IMG/VR virus record: IMGVR_UViG_3300023178_000030
Span: 1 to 64,000 of that record
DNA: 64,000 nt
DNA from: a virus
Direction: 5' to 3' (one strand)
Shown: in pieces, positions 49,257-58,126 of the stretch
Position numbering within the stretch: position 1 is the stretch's first letter
Layout of the letters: each line of letters begins with the position of its first letter
Translations under genes and position numbers: made by a program
The notes under the pieces: model-generated
What the model was told of the DNA's origin: nothing
What the model saw: only the letters and a program-made list of their open reading frames with translations
Databases searched by the model: none

Positions 49257-49577
49257 TTATTTCCTTTTAAGATATGCTTCTTTACCATAGAAAGCCGCAA
49301 CGATACCTGCACTTGCAATAAAGTATAGATCAGCCATACTTGCAAGAATATCTGCTTTAAGTCCAATTGCATCTGCAATTAATGTTACGATAGGATAAAA
49401 CAACATTCCACATAACGCCATCCAAGCCATCTGTCTTTGAGAATCTTGTCTTTTATCCTCATTATCTAATTCAACTAATTTTCTATCCATTTCCAATTCT
49501 TTATCACTCACAACACCATCTCCATCTAAATCATATTTTGCATAATGTGATTCTTTTTCTAATTTCTTTTGTGCCAT
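49257..49577 (-). CDS. Membrane protein with EF-hand-like motif
   Basis: YDLDGDGVVSDKE; two hydrophobic segments. Confidence 0.6.
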   Translation of the reverse strand: MAQKKLEKESHYAKYDLDGDGVVSDKELEMDRKLVELDNEDKRQDSQRQMAWMALCGMLFYPIVTLIADAIGLKADILASMADLYFIASAGIVAAFYGKEAYLKRK

Positions 49578-49591
49578 AGTTTTACTCTCTT

Positions 49592-49723
49592 TTATTTATT
49601 GTTATTATGTCGATTTTTCATTTCCTCATCTTCAAGATGTTGAACTAATAATCCTGTGTATATCTCCCTTTCCCAAGGTATCATGTTTTCAATTTCAGTT
49701 AAACTATATTTGTGATGTTGCAT
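49592..49723 (-). CDS. gp51: gp51-like baseplate hub assembly protein (short ORF; possibly the frameshifted C-terminus of gp26)
   Basis: MQHHKYSLTEIENMIPWEREIY; frame stays open upstream to the T8 run at 49779-49786. Confidence 0.75.
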   Translation of the reverse strand: MQHHKYSLTEIENMIPWEREIYTGLLVQHLEDEEMKNRHNNNK

Positions 49724-49776
49724 CAATGCAAATGTTAATCTATAATAATTCTCTAAATTATTATGAGAAAGGGCTA

Positions 49777-50475
49777 TTAAAAAAAACTATTCATTCCTTC
49801 AATAACTATTTCACTTTCTACATTTGTATTTGGATTCATTACATTTATAGTGTGTTTAACTTTAGGAGCTGTTTCAAAAAACTCTTGAACTTTAATTAAT
49901 TGATTATGTGTCATAGAATCAATAAATTCAGTTAATTCTTTTTTGTTCATATCAGTTTTTTCATAAACATTGTCTTTGTCATAAATTTGTTTTACACAAC
50001 TTGCAATCAAATCAAAAACAACTTCCTGTTTTTCTAATTCTAAACTAGACATTTCATTTAATTTAGGATAACCCATAATCATACCAATATCATCAGTTAA
50101 CTTAATATTAGGATCATGACCCTCTGTTTTTATACATTGTACTTGATTTAAATCAATTTCAACTGGAACTTTTGTTTCATTATCATCAGGGCAAGTAACA
50201 TTAACTTTTGTTATTGATCCAACTGATTTGCTTCTCAATTGTATAAAAATGTATTCCATATCAAATGTTGGTAATTCTTTTACATTTAATTTATTGAAAG
50301 TACACGCATCTATTATTTGTTCTAATGCAAGTGCAATTTCATTTTGATTTTCTGAATTCTGTGCAATCATTAACAGTTTTTCTTCTTTCACTAAAAACGG
50401 TCTAAATGCAACTTTCTCACCTGTTGAAGGAAGTGTCAATTCATGTCTTGATGCGTTTAACGAAGGTAATGCCAT
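49777..50475 (-). CDS. gp26: Baseplate hub subunit/chaperone gp26
   Basis: MALP, FRPFLVKEEK.L, D.EYIF..LRSKSVG, FFET.PK. Confidence 0.88.
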   Translation of the reverse strand: MALPSLNASRHELTLPSTGEKVAFRPFLVKEEKLLMIAQNSENQNEIALALEQIIDACTFNKLNVKELPTFDMEYIFIQLRSKSVGSITKVNVTCPDDNETKVPVEIDLNQVQCIKTEGHDPNIKLTDDIGMIMGYPKLNEMSSLELEKQEVVFDLIASCVKQIYDKDNVYEKTDMNKKELTEFIDSMTHNQLIKVQEFFETAPKVKHTINVMNPNTNVESEIVIEGMNSFF

Positions 50476-50500
50476 AATATTTCTCCTATTACATTATAAT

Positions 50501-51472
50501 TTAAAATTTTCCTAATTTACCAAATATGTTTCTAACTCTTTTGTTTTTAAGTATTCCACCAAAAAACTTTTTGAGTGAAATAATTCTTTGACTATCTCTT
50601 GCAATTCCAGCTGGTAATGCAACTCTACCTCTTTGTATTGCAGGATTAAATCCAGTAGTAATTTCTTCTCTATACTGATCATATGGTCTACCAACATCTT
50701 TTATGTATGGTGCCCATTCTCTAAATGCAAAACCTACTGTTAATCTTAATATGTCATTGTTTGTTGCTTGACCATAATCTAAAACACTTATTGTTTTAGG
50801 AAATATATCTCTTATTTCTACTGTTGATGTAATTACATCATTTCTATCTAATTGGTGAACTAACATAGTTGTAACATATTCATTATAATAACTTACATTA
50901 TATGTTTTTTGATCTATTATTGTATCTTGCCAATCAGTAAAGAATTGTTTTTCTGAATGGTCATCACTTAAATAAAATACACAAGTAATTTCTTCTGCAA
51001 ATGTTAAACCTTGTGCAACCTCATGTGTTGGGCCATATATATTTTCATTAGTAACTGTTCTTATATTTCTTCCAGGCATTTGAACCTGTGCAAGTCTTAA
51101 TGACACAAATCTAGATGCGTCTACATTTGATGCGGCTTTTTGAGTTTGTATTTGATTTAAAGGTTCAGCTTGAACTGCATCAGTTTGTAATGTTGAAGGT
51201 GCAATTATAATTGCTTCAAATCTATTTGGTCTTGCAAATGAATTAGACCTAGTTTGAAATTGATTTAAATCAAAATTAGCTGTTCTTTTATTTGCAGTAT
51301 CTTGTCCATTAATTAATGGTATTTTATTATCAGGTTTGATAATATTTTCTAATTGTGGTAACTTATCTTTTGGAACTCTATTTCCTACAATATCTTCAAT
51401 CGCTCTTTTAGCTTTATTCTTTACATCATTTATTTTTTTATTGATAGGTGATATTGGTGGTATTAACGCCAT
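50501..51472 (-). CDS. Tail-tube-fold baseplate protein (gp54-like)
   Basis: ARPNRFE, QMPGR, FF.DWQ, YY.EY, IFPKT. Confidence 0.7.
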   Translation of the reverse strand: MALIPPISPINKKINDVKNKAKRAIEDIVGNRVPKDKLPQLENIIKPDNKIPLINGQDTANKRTANFDLNQFQTRSNSFARPNRFEAIIIAPSTLQTDAVQAEPLNQIQTQKAASNVDASRFVSLRLAQVQMPGRNIRTVTNENIYGPTHEVAQGLTFAEEITCVFYLSDDHSEKQFFTDWQDTIIDQKTYNVSYYNEYVTTMLVHQLDRNDVITSTVEIRDIFPKTISVLDYGQATNNDILRLTVGFAFREWAPYIKDVGRPYDQYREEITTGFNPAIQRGRVALPAGIARDSQRIISLKKFFGGILKNKRVRNIFGKLGKF

Positions 51473-52041
51473 TAGTAAAATCCTCTATTAATTCTTTTTC
51501 TTGAATCTGAATATACTTTTTCAGGAGTTGCTTTTACAAATCTTTGAACTGGTAATAAAACTGCAACCATCATTTCTTCTGCATTAATAACTCTAAAAGG
51601 TGTTTGAACATGGTCAATTAAATATCTTTTTACAGTAGGTTGAACTAAAGGATTTCTCTTAATTCTATTCCATGTCAATCTTATTCTAGTATCCTCATTC
51701 ATAAGTGTATTATTAGAATATTCAGAAATTACATTTAACAATCGAACTCTTAAAGGTATTGATAAGTAATGAAAATTCAAACCTAAAAAACCATTGTTGT
51801 AAGCTTCGATTGGTAAAACTAAAGGGAATCTGTCATAGTATGGTAATTTTTCCTCATGTTTAGGACTGTACACAAAGAAATTCATAAGTCCAAAGTTTGG
51901 TCTTGCACGAACTCTACCATCACTTACTAATTTTCTAATAGTAGGTGTTCCAAACTCTTTAACCTGATTTCTAAACCATTGAATAGAACGCTCTTTTCCA
52001 CCAGATTTTTTTAATATATTATCAAATATTGATTCTGCCAT
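51472..52041 (-). CDS. gp2: DNA end protector protein gp2
   Basis: LPYYDRFPLV, FLGLNFHYL, KRYL; late promoter TATAAATA on - strand at 52047-52054. Confidence 0.9.
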   Translation of the reverse strand: MAESIFDNILKKSGGKERSIQWFRNQVKEFGTPTIRKLVSDGRVRARPNFGLMNFFVYSPKHEEKLPYYDRFPLVLPIEAYNNGFLGLNFHYLSIPLRVRLLNVISEYSNNTLMNEDTRIRLTWNRIKRNPLVQPTVKRYLIDHVQTPFRVINAEEMMVAVLLPVQRFVKATPEKVYSDSRKRINRGFY

Positions 52042-52049
52042 AGAAGTAT

Positions 52050-52484
52050 TTATACGCCTAATTCATGTTCAGTTAAGATTTTAAACTCCATTTGTCTATC
52101 TAAACAGAACTCATTTGCGGCTTTCCATTTTGCTTTATTGATACCCCATGTTCGCACTTCATTTATAAATTTTGGTGTTTTTCTCTTTGGTATTTGGGGT
52201 GGTTGACATTGATTATAGGGTTTGATTTCAATTAACATTTTTTTAATTGAACCATTTTGTTGTTTGACTTTGATATAGAAATCAGGGAAATATCTATGAA
52301 TTTTACCATCAATTGGAGAACGATATGGTATAATTACTTCCTCACTTCCCCATTCGATAATCTTATCATTTCTGTCACAATAGACCATAAATCGTCTTTC
52401 CCATGACGAACGATAGTATATTTTGTCTATATCACCACGATATTTTTTTGAGTTTGTTGGTCTATATCTTCCACTATACGGCAT
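52050..52484 (-). CDS. gp4: Head completion nuclease gp4
   Basis: YRSSWE, W.SEE..IPY, HRYFPDF, IEIKP, KW.AA. Confidence 0.92.
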   Translation of the reverse strand: MPYSGRYRPTNSKKYRGDIDKIYYRSSWERRFMVYCDRNDKIIEWGSEEVIIPYRSPIDGKIHRYFPDFYIKVKQQNGSIKKMLIEIKPYNQCQPPQIPKRKTPKFINEVRTWGINKAKWKAANEFCLDRQMEFKILTEHELGV

Positions 52485-52491
52485 AATCTAT

Positions 52492-52531
52492 TATAAATAC
52501 TTTAAAACACTTCATTTAAAGGATATTTATA
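52492..52531. promoter_or_regulatory. Pair of oppositely oriented T4 late promoters
   Basis: TATAAATA on + at 52492-52499 and on - at 52524-52531, between divergent gp4 and gp48. Confidence 0.8.
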
Positions 52532-53490
52532 TGATAGTAAATTCAGGATATGGTGGCATGGACTTTGGTAGTAATGTCAACAACAATGGTTCACTCTCTA
52601 ATTCACAACCAGAAAAACAAATAGAAGATACAGGCCTGTCAAAGAAATTTGCAGCTGGGTTAGTATATCCTCAAGATACTGCAACAATGAAACGAACAGA
52701 ACATTATGTTCAATTCTTTATCAATCAACAAGATAATGCAAGAATAAAATGGAACGCAGATGAAGGATATGAACCACCAAAAGAAAATAGAAATATCACA
52801 ATAAGACGAGCACCAACTACTAGAACACTTGGTTCAATAACATTATTCTTACCTGCACAATTAAATGTTTCGCATAAAACAAACTATGGTGAAGCAGAAA
52901 TAGGTTTGGGTGTTGCGGCCGCAATTGCATCTGCAAAAGGAATTGCAAATATGCAAATGACTTTAGAAAGTTTTAAAAATGCAGCTTCAGCTGCAGGTAG
53001 ACAATTTTCACAAACTGCAAAACAAACTTTAGTAAATGCAGTTGAAACAGCAGGTGCAACTGGTGCTAAAGCCGCATTTGCAATTAGTCAAGGTGAAACT
53101 CAAAACAACAGAACTGAAATGAAATTTGAAGGTATTGATAGAAGATCATTTTCATATTCATTTAGATTGTTACCCCGTTCAAGTGCAGAAGCTGAAACAG
53201 TAAAAAATATTGTAAATGTTTTTCGTATGCAGTCATTACCAGAAGTTAGTGCAAGAGATGGTTTAGGAAGAACTCTTATTGCACCATCAACATTTGATAT
53301 AGAATATAGTAATACTGTCAGAGATCAACTACACAAAATATCAACTTGTGTTTTAGAATCAGTAAATGTAAAGTATGGTGGTGAAAGACCACAGTTTTTT
53401 AAAGATGGTTATCCAGTAGAAACACAATTAGATTTACAATTTAAAGAACTCGAAATTATTACAAAAGAAAGAGTTATGGCAGGATATTAA
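52531..53490 (+). CDS. gp48: Baseplate tail-tube cap gp48
   Basis: F.G...R.FSYSF.L.PRS..EA, P.TF.I, CVL..V.V.Y, L.FKELE; start placed after the late promoter. Confidence 0.85.
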   Translation: MIVNSGYGGMDFGSNVNNNGSLSNSQPEKQIEDTGLSKKFAAGLVYPQDTATMKRTEHYVQFFINQQDNARIKWNADEGYEPPKENRNITIRRAPTTRTLGSITLFLPAQLNVSHKTNYGEAEIGLGVAAAIASAKGIANMQMTLESFKNAASAAGRQFSQTAKQTLVNAVETAGATGAKAAFAISQGETQNNRTEMKFEGIDRRSFSYSFRLLPRSSAEAETVKNIVNVFRMQSLPEVSARDGLGRTLIAPSTFDIEYSNTVRDQLHKISTCVLESVNVKYGGERPQFFKDGYPVETQLDLQFKELEIITKERVMAGY

Positions 53491-53491
53491 A

Positions 53492-54016
53492 ATGTATTTT
53501 GAAAAATTTCCAAAAATAGATTACGAAGTAAAAGGTGATGGTGTCAATTATAAAATGACAGACATTACTCGTAGAGTTAGATTTTTTAATTCTAAAATTT
53601 TAGATAGTGTTAGTTTTGATTACTATGATGTTAAGTCTGGTCAAACACCAGAAATGATTGCAAATGAAATATATGATGATCCAAACTTACATTGGGTTAT
53701 ATTAGTTGCAAATAATATTACAGATGTATATACACAATGGCCTATGTCAGTACAACAGTTTGAAAATTTTGTAAAAGAAAAGTATAACAATCCAGCTGCA
53801 ATACATCATTATGAAATATTTCAAACATCTGGTGATACAACTCTAAAGATTGAATTACCAAATGAAAGTGCAACAACAATACCAGTTGATGCAGTTGCAG
53901 TTTCTAATTATCAATATGAAGAATCAGTACAAGATACAAAAAGAAAGATACGATTGATTCGTTCTCAATATATACAACAAATAGAACAAGAGTTTGAAAG
54001 AATAATTGCAATATAA
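53492..54016 (+). CDS. gp53: Baseplate wedge protein gp53
   Basis: YF..FP.I.Y, PE.IA..IY.D..LHWVIL..N, WP, IHHYE. Confidence 0.9.
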   Translation: MYFEKFPKIDYEVKGDGVNYKMTDITRRVRFFNSKILDSVSFDYYDVKSGQTPEMIANEIYDDPNLHWVILVANNITDVYTQWPMSVQQFENFVKEKYNNPAAIHHYEIFQTSGDTTLKIELPNESATTIPVDAVAVSNYQYEESVQDTKRKIRLIRSQYIQQIEQEFERIIAI

Positions 54017-55416
54017 TGTCAGAAAATAGTTTAAATTATGCAGGTGAGTTTTATGTCGAAATATGTGCATTACTAACTCTAACTGGAACAAACATAAGTC
54101 TAAAAGACCAATTCGCAAGTGTAAACATTTATGAAAGTATCTTCAATAATACTCTTACTGGTGATATATCATTTATTGATACAAATGATTTAGTAGCTAA
54201 TCTACCAATTGTCGGTCAAGAGAAACTCGCATTACGATTAACAACTCCAAGTGAAAATGGTAAAGATAGAAATGTATCTATTGATTTTACAGATGTACCA
54301 TTAAGGATTACGAAAGTAAATGCAGTAACAGACTATAATGAAAATACAAAAGTAGTTGTATTATCATTTACCACACCAGAACTACTACAAAACGAAAGAA
54401 CAAGAATCGCACAAAAATATGAGGGAGAACCATCAGTTGATATGGTTCAAAATATATTACGAAATGAATTAAACTCTCAAAAAGAATTCTATTACGAAAA
54501 AACATCAAACAATTTTAAAATGATTGCAATGAATGAAAGACCATTTGCATTTATTAATAAGTTATCAAAAAGATGTCTATCTGCAAAACATAATTATGCA
54601 CCAACATTTTTATTCTATGAAACTACAAAAGGTTTTCATTTTAGAACATTAGATAGTATGTTAAATACAGATAGTGTAAGAATGTCTTATCAAGAAATAA
54701 TACCAAATCTTCAAGAAACAGGCCCAATAGGAAATATGTTTAACTTATTGAATTATGAATTTTTTTCTGCACCAGATGTTTTGAAATCAACTAGACATGG
54801 TATGTATTCTTCAAAACTTTTATTGTTAGACTTACATAACAAAGTAAGTAAAACATATGATTATAGTTACCTAGATGATTTTGAAAACAATAAACATACA
54901 GATACAAAAAATGAATATGCACAAACAAAACCAATAATATCAACTGCAACAGATGATGATGGTACTAAAATGTCAGATAACTATGATTCAGTATTTCATA
55001 TGCAAACAATAGATAGAAATGTTGTTGATGGACTTTACAACGCAAATCATGTTGAAGAAGATGGAACTTTTATATATAATTATAATGGAACAGATCAATG
55101 GTTACAGAGAAGAAATTCAAGACTTGCAAATTTCAAAACTTCACATGGTGTTAAAATAAAAGTGCCAGGAAATTCTACAATGCAATCTGGTGACTTATTA
55201 CATTTAGTTTTTAACAACAAAACAGATGTAACAAATCAATATATGACTGGAAGATATCTTAATACTAGAATGAAACATAGTTTTGTTCGAGGTGACGGTG
55301 TTCACAGATACGAATTACTCATAGAGTGTAGAAAAGATTCACTCGCATCTGAATTACCAACAGCTGGTGTTGCATATTCAGATCAAGGAAAATCAACAAA
55401 TCAAGAAATAGAATAG
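54016..55416 (+). CDS. Baseplate hub protein (gp27/GpD-like)
   Basis: NIYESIF...TG, LPIVGQE, FLFYET..GFHF, VPGNS..GD. Confidence 0.65.
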   Translation: MSENSLNYAGEFYVEICALLTLTGTNISLKDQFASVNIYESIFNNTLTGDISFIDTNDLVANLPIVGQEKLALRLTTPSENGKDRNVSIDFTDVPLRITKVNAVTDYNENTKVVVLSFTTPELLQNERTRIAQKYEGEPSVDMVQNILRNELNSQKEFYYEKTSNNFKMIAMNERPFAFINKLSKRCLSAKHNYAPTFLFYETTKGFHFRTLDSMLNTDSVRMSYQEIIPNLQETGPIGNMFNLLNYEFFSAPDVLKSTRHGMYSSKLLLLDLHNKVSKTYDYSYLDDFENNKHTDTKNEYAQTKPIISTATDDDGTKMSDNYDSVFHMQTIDRNVVDGLYNANHVEEDGTFIYNYNGTDQWLQRRNSRLANFKTSHGVKIKVPGNSTMQSGDLLHLVFNNKTDVTNQYMTGRYLNTRMKHSFVRGDGVHRYELLIECRKDSLASELPTAGVAYSDQGKSTNQEIE

Positions 55417-55469
55417 AAAGGAGATACTGTATAAGAACTTTAAAAACTTTAAAAACGAAAGGAAAATCA

Positions 55470-55619
55470 ATGACCCAAAAACTCAAAAATAGAATCCAAA
55501 GAATGACATTTCAGAAACAAAAAGTAAGGAGAGATAAGGTCGACATTAATGATGATGTAAAAGTTGCAGAATTTATTTTCAATAAAAAAGTTAAGGAGAT
55601 GATACAGAAATCAGTTTAA
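55470..55619 (+). CDS. Small basic protein (49 aa; not in ORF track)
   Basis: SD AAGGA then MTQKLKNRIQRM... Confidence 0.45.
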   Translation: MTQKLKNRIQRMTFQKQKVRRDKVDINDDVKVAEFIFNKKVKEMIQKSV

Positions 55620-55642
55620 AATTCAGTAAACATAGTGATTAT

Positions 55643-55671
55643 AAGCCCTTGATTTTCAAGGGCTTTTTTTT
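55643..55671 (+). terminator. Rho-independent terminator (also matches the IHF consensus)
   Basis: AAGCCCTTGA-TTT-TCAAGGGCTT followed by a T run. Confidence 0.8.
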
Positions 55672-55684
55672 CGTCTAAATATTG

Positions 55685-55754
55685 TAAGTCCTTGATTTTA
55701 AAAGAAACTTTTTTTGGCATATGTGTTGACATAGTGTGTTTGTTTTGATAACAT
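55685..55754 (+). promoter_or_regulatory. IHF-consensus site plus sigma70-type promoter
   Basis: TAAGTCCTTGATT at 55685; TTGACA 55726, 17 nt spacer, TAACAT. Confidence 0.7.
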
Positions 55755-55788
55755 AGCTATAATGATTAACAAAACACAGGAAAACAAA

Positions 55789-56049
55789 ATGAATACATAT
55801 CAAGAATTTGCAAACTACTGCTACGATTTCTACGGTAAAAACGGTACTTTTGAATTAAACTATACTAGAAAACAAATTGCCGCAGGCATTTATTCTTATC
55901 TCTTAAAATTAAATGATGACATTACCTGGGGTGGTGGTGACAGTATCGACAGAGAAAGAGTTAGAATCGAAATGCAAAAACTTTATCCAGAAGTTGAAAA
56001 TTTGGCAGAAGTTGCACTTGACAATTTTAAAGTTAAAGGAATATTATGA
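55789..56049 (+). CDS. Hypothetical early protein
   Basis: F..YC.DFYG..G; WGGGDSIDRE.VR. Confidence 0.65.
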   Translation: MNTYQEFANYCYDFYGKNGTFELNYTRKQIAAGIYSYLLKLNDDITWGGGDSIDRERVRIEMQKLYPEVENLAEVALDNFKVKGIL

Positions 56050-56240
56050 AAAAATACTTACCAACAATTCAAGTTATTATCGGCTTCTTTGGTGTTCTTT
56101 TATGTTTTGGTGCAGTTGGAACTGTTGAAGTCGAAGAAAATCCTGATTACATGATAGTAATTATTCAAGGTCTTTCAGGTTTATTATTATTGTTTTTATC
56201 AATGTTAATTCCTTTCACTACGGAGAAAAATGATGACTAA
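56046..56240 (+). CDS. Small two-helix membrane protein
   Basis: Two hydrophobic segments. Confidence 0.6.
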   Translation: MKKYLPTIQVIIGFFGVLLCFGAVGTVEVEENPDYMIVIIQGLSGLLLLFLSMLIPFTTEKNDD

Positions 56241-56796
56241 ATTTTTATTTAAATTATGTGTTTTCATGTTAGGTTTATATTTGTTTGTTATTTTCAATAT
56301 ACAAGAAAAAATTCATACATCAACAGATAGAGTTGATAAGTTAGAAACAAAATATCTTAACATCAACTACGAAGATTTAAATGCAGAACATCAAAAAGAT
56401 ATTGATTGTCTTGCAAGTAACATTTATTTTGAAGCTCGTGGTGAACCAACAAAAGGTAAAGTTGCAGTTGCAATGGTTACTTTAAATAGAGTTGTATCAA
56501 AAGATTTTCCTAATACAGTATGTGGTGTTGTTCTTCAGAGAACTAAAAAAGTATGTCAATTTTCTTGGTTCTGTCAAAAGAGAGAAAGTTGGTTACATAG
56601 GAGTGCAAGAGTTAAATCTAAAAAACATTATGATGATATAGAAAATCTTGCAGTAAAAGTCTATACAAATTATCAAACATTAAAGAAAGAAGATTTAACT
56701 TATGGTTCTACTTTTTATCATGCAACTTATATAAACCCAAAATGGGATTTGTATAAAACTAGAACTATTGGTAATCATACTTTTTACAAACATTGA
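56230..56796 (+). CDS. Second cell wall hydrolase (SleB/Hydrolase_2) with N-terminal membrane anchor
   Basis: CLA.NIYFEARGE, VTLNRV, CQFSW, FYHA, IGNH.FY. Confidence 0.9.
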   Translation: MMTKFLFKLCVFMLGLYLFVIFNIQEKIHTSTDRVDKLETKYLNINYEDLNAEHQKDIDCLASNIYFEARGEPTKGKVAVAMVTLNRVVSKDFPNTVCGVVLQRTKKVCQFSWFCQKRESWLHRSARVKSKKHYDDIENLAVKVYTNYQTLKKEDLTYGSTFYHATYINPKWDLYKTRTIGNHTFYKH

Positions 56797-56835
56797 CTTG
56801 ACAAACAATAATTTTTATGATAATATTTCTGTGTT

Positions 56836-57195
56836 ATGAGTAAACGAATTAATAAAAAACATTATATTGATGACTGGAGAGAAAATAATAAGTTTCTCAA
56901 AAGATTAAATTTATCAAAGATTACTTTAGAAGAATATATAGATGAAAGACACGGTAAAGGTAAATACAAACCTAGAGTGTTAGATACTTTTACAGTAACA
57001 AAGAGTTATGTTAGGACAACAGAACATATTCCTAGTTTATCAATGTCTACTAGAGGTGATTGTTCTAAAAGAGATAATTCTGAAAAACTCAAAGTTAGTA
57101 GTAAATATATAATAGGTCAGGCTTATAATAAAGGTGGGTTTCAAGTGTTGACTGATTTTGAATCAAAAGACCCACAAACAGGAAAGAGAAGATAA
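56836..57195 (+). CDS. Conserved phage hypothetical protein
   Basis: IGQAYNKGG.QV; promoter TTGACA at 56798. Confidence 0.65.
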   Translation: MSKRINKKHYIDDWRENNKFLKRLNLSKITLEEYIDERHGKGKYKPRVLDTFTVTKSYVRTTEHIPSLSMSTRGDCSKRDNSEKLKVSSKYIIGQAYNKGGFQVLTDFESKDPQTGKRR

Positions 57196-58041
57196 TTGTT
57201 TTTTGCGTTTATTACATTAATTATTGCGATTAGTATTAGTGCAGTTGCGGCTTACTATTCTATTATAGGTTTAGTTGCAATTTTTTCAAGTGCAGTATTA
57301 CCAGTTGCAATCATGGGCATAGTGTTAGAAGCAGGTAAGTTAGTTACTGCATCATGGTTATATCAAAATTGGAAACGAATAAATTTTGTTATCAAAACAT
57401 ATCTAACATTTGCAGTAGTAGTATTGATGTTCATTACATCTATGGGTATCTTTGGTTTTTTATCTAAAGCTCATATAGACCAAACATTGACAAGTGATAC
57501 ATCAAATATCGAAATCGAAAGAATCGAATCATTAATCACAATAGAAAATAGGAGAATTGAAAATGCTCAAAAAAATCTTGACAACCTTGAACGGCTGGTG
57601 GAAAACCTGTCAGCAGAAGATGCTGCTTATACTCGCAGAATTCAAAGACGAGAACGAAGTGCAATTGACAAAACCATCAAAGAAGCCAGTCAGAAAATCT
57701 CGAACTACAAAGAAGAAATCATCCCCTACAAAAAAGAAGCAGTCAAGCTCGAGGCGGAAGTCGGCCCGATAAAATATATTTCTGAACTAATTTATGATAA
57801 CTCTAACTCTGAACTATTAGAAGATGCAGTTAGGGTTGTCATAATTATTTTAGTATTTGTATTTGATCCACTTGCAGTTGTATTACTCATTGCGGCTAAT
57901 ATGTCATTTCAACAAGAGAAGTTGCGAAGAAAAAGAAAACGACAAGCTCAAATCAAGAAAGAACTACCTCAAAAGAAAAAGGGTGAAATGGTAAAAGTTA
58001 CCAGAGAACTCAATGGTGTTTCAACCACTACTTACGAATAA
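57196..58041 (+). CDS. Membrane protein with coiled coil
   Basis: Three N-terminal TM segments (ITSMGIFGFLSKAH), coiled coil, EVGPIKYI, FVFDPLAV. Confidence 0.75.
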   Translation: MFFAFITLIIAISISAVAAYYSIIGLVAIFSSAVLPVAIMGIVLEAGKLVTASWLYQNWKRINFVIKTYLTFAVVVLMFITSMGIFGFLSKAHIDQTLTSDTSNIEIERIESLITIENRRIENAQKNLDNLERLVENLSAEDAAYTRRIQRRERSAIDKTIKEASQKISNYKEEIIPYKKEAVKLEAEVGPIKYISELIYDNSNSELLEDAVRVVIIILVFVFDPLAVVLLIAANMSFQQEKLRRKRKRQAQIKKELPQKKKGEMVKVTRELNGVSTTTYE

Positions 58042-58126
58042 TTACAAACTCATTACAATAAAATCACTTTTTATTTTTTTGTAATATTTTCGTGTTAAAT
58101 AATATGTGTAATGTGAAGGAGAAATT

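Noticed and set aside
55789-55820. MNTYQEF start resembling the T4 capsid-targeting sequence
   Set aside because: The gene follows a sigma70-type promoter and lacks the following Glu cleavage pattern; probably coincidental.
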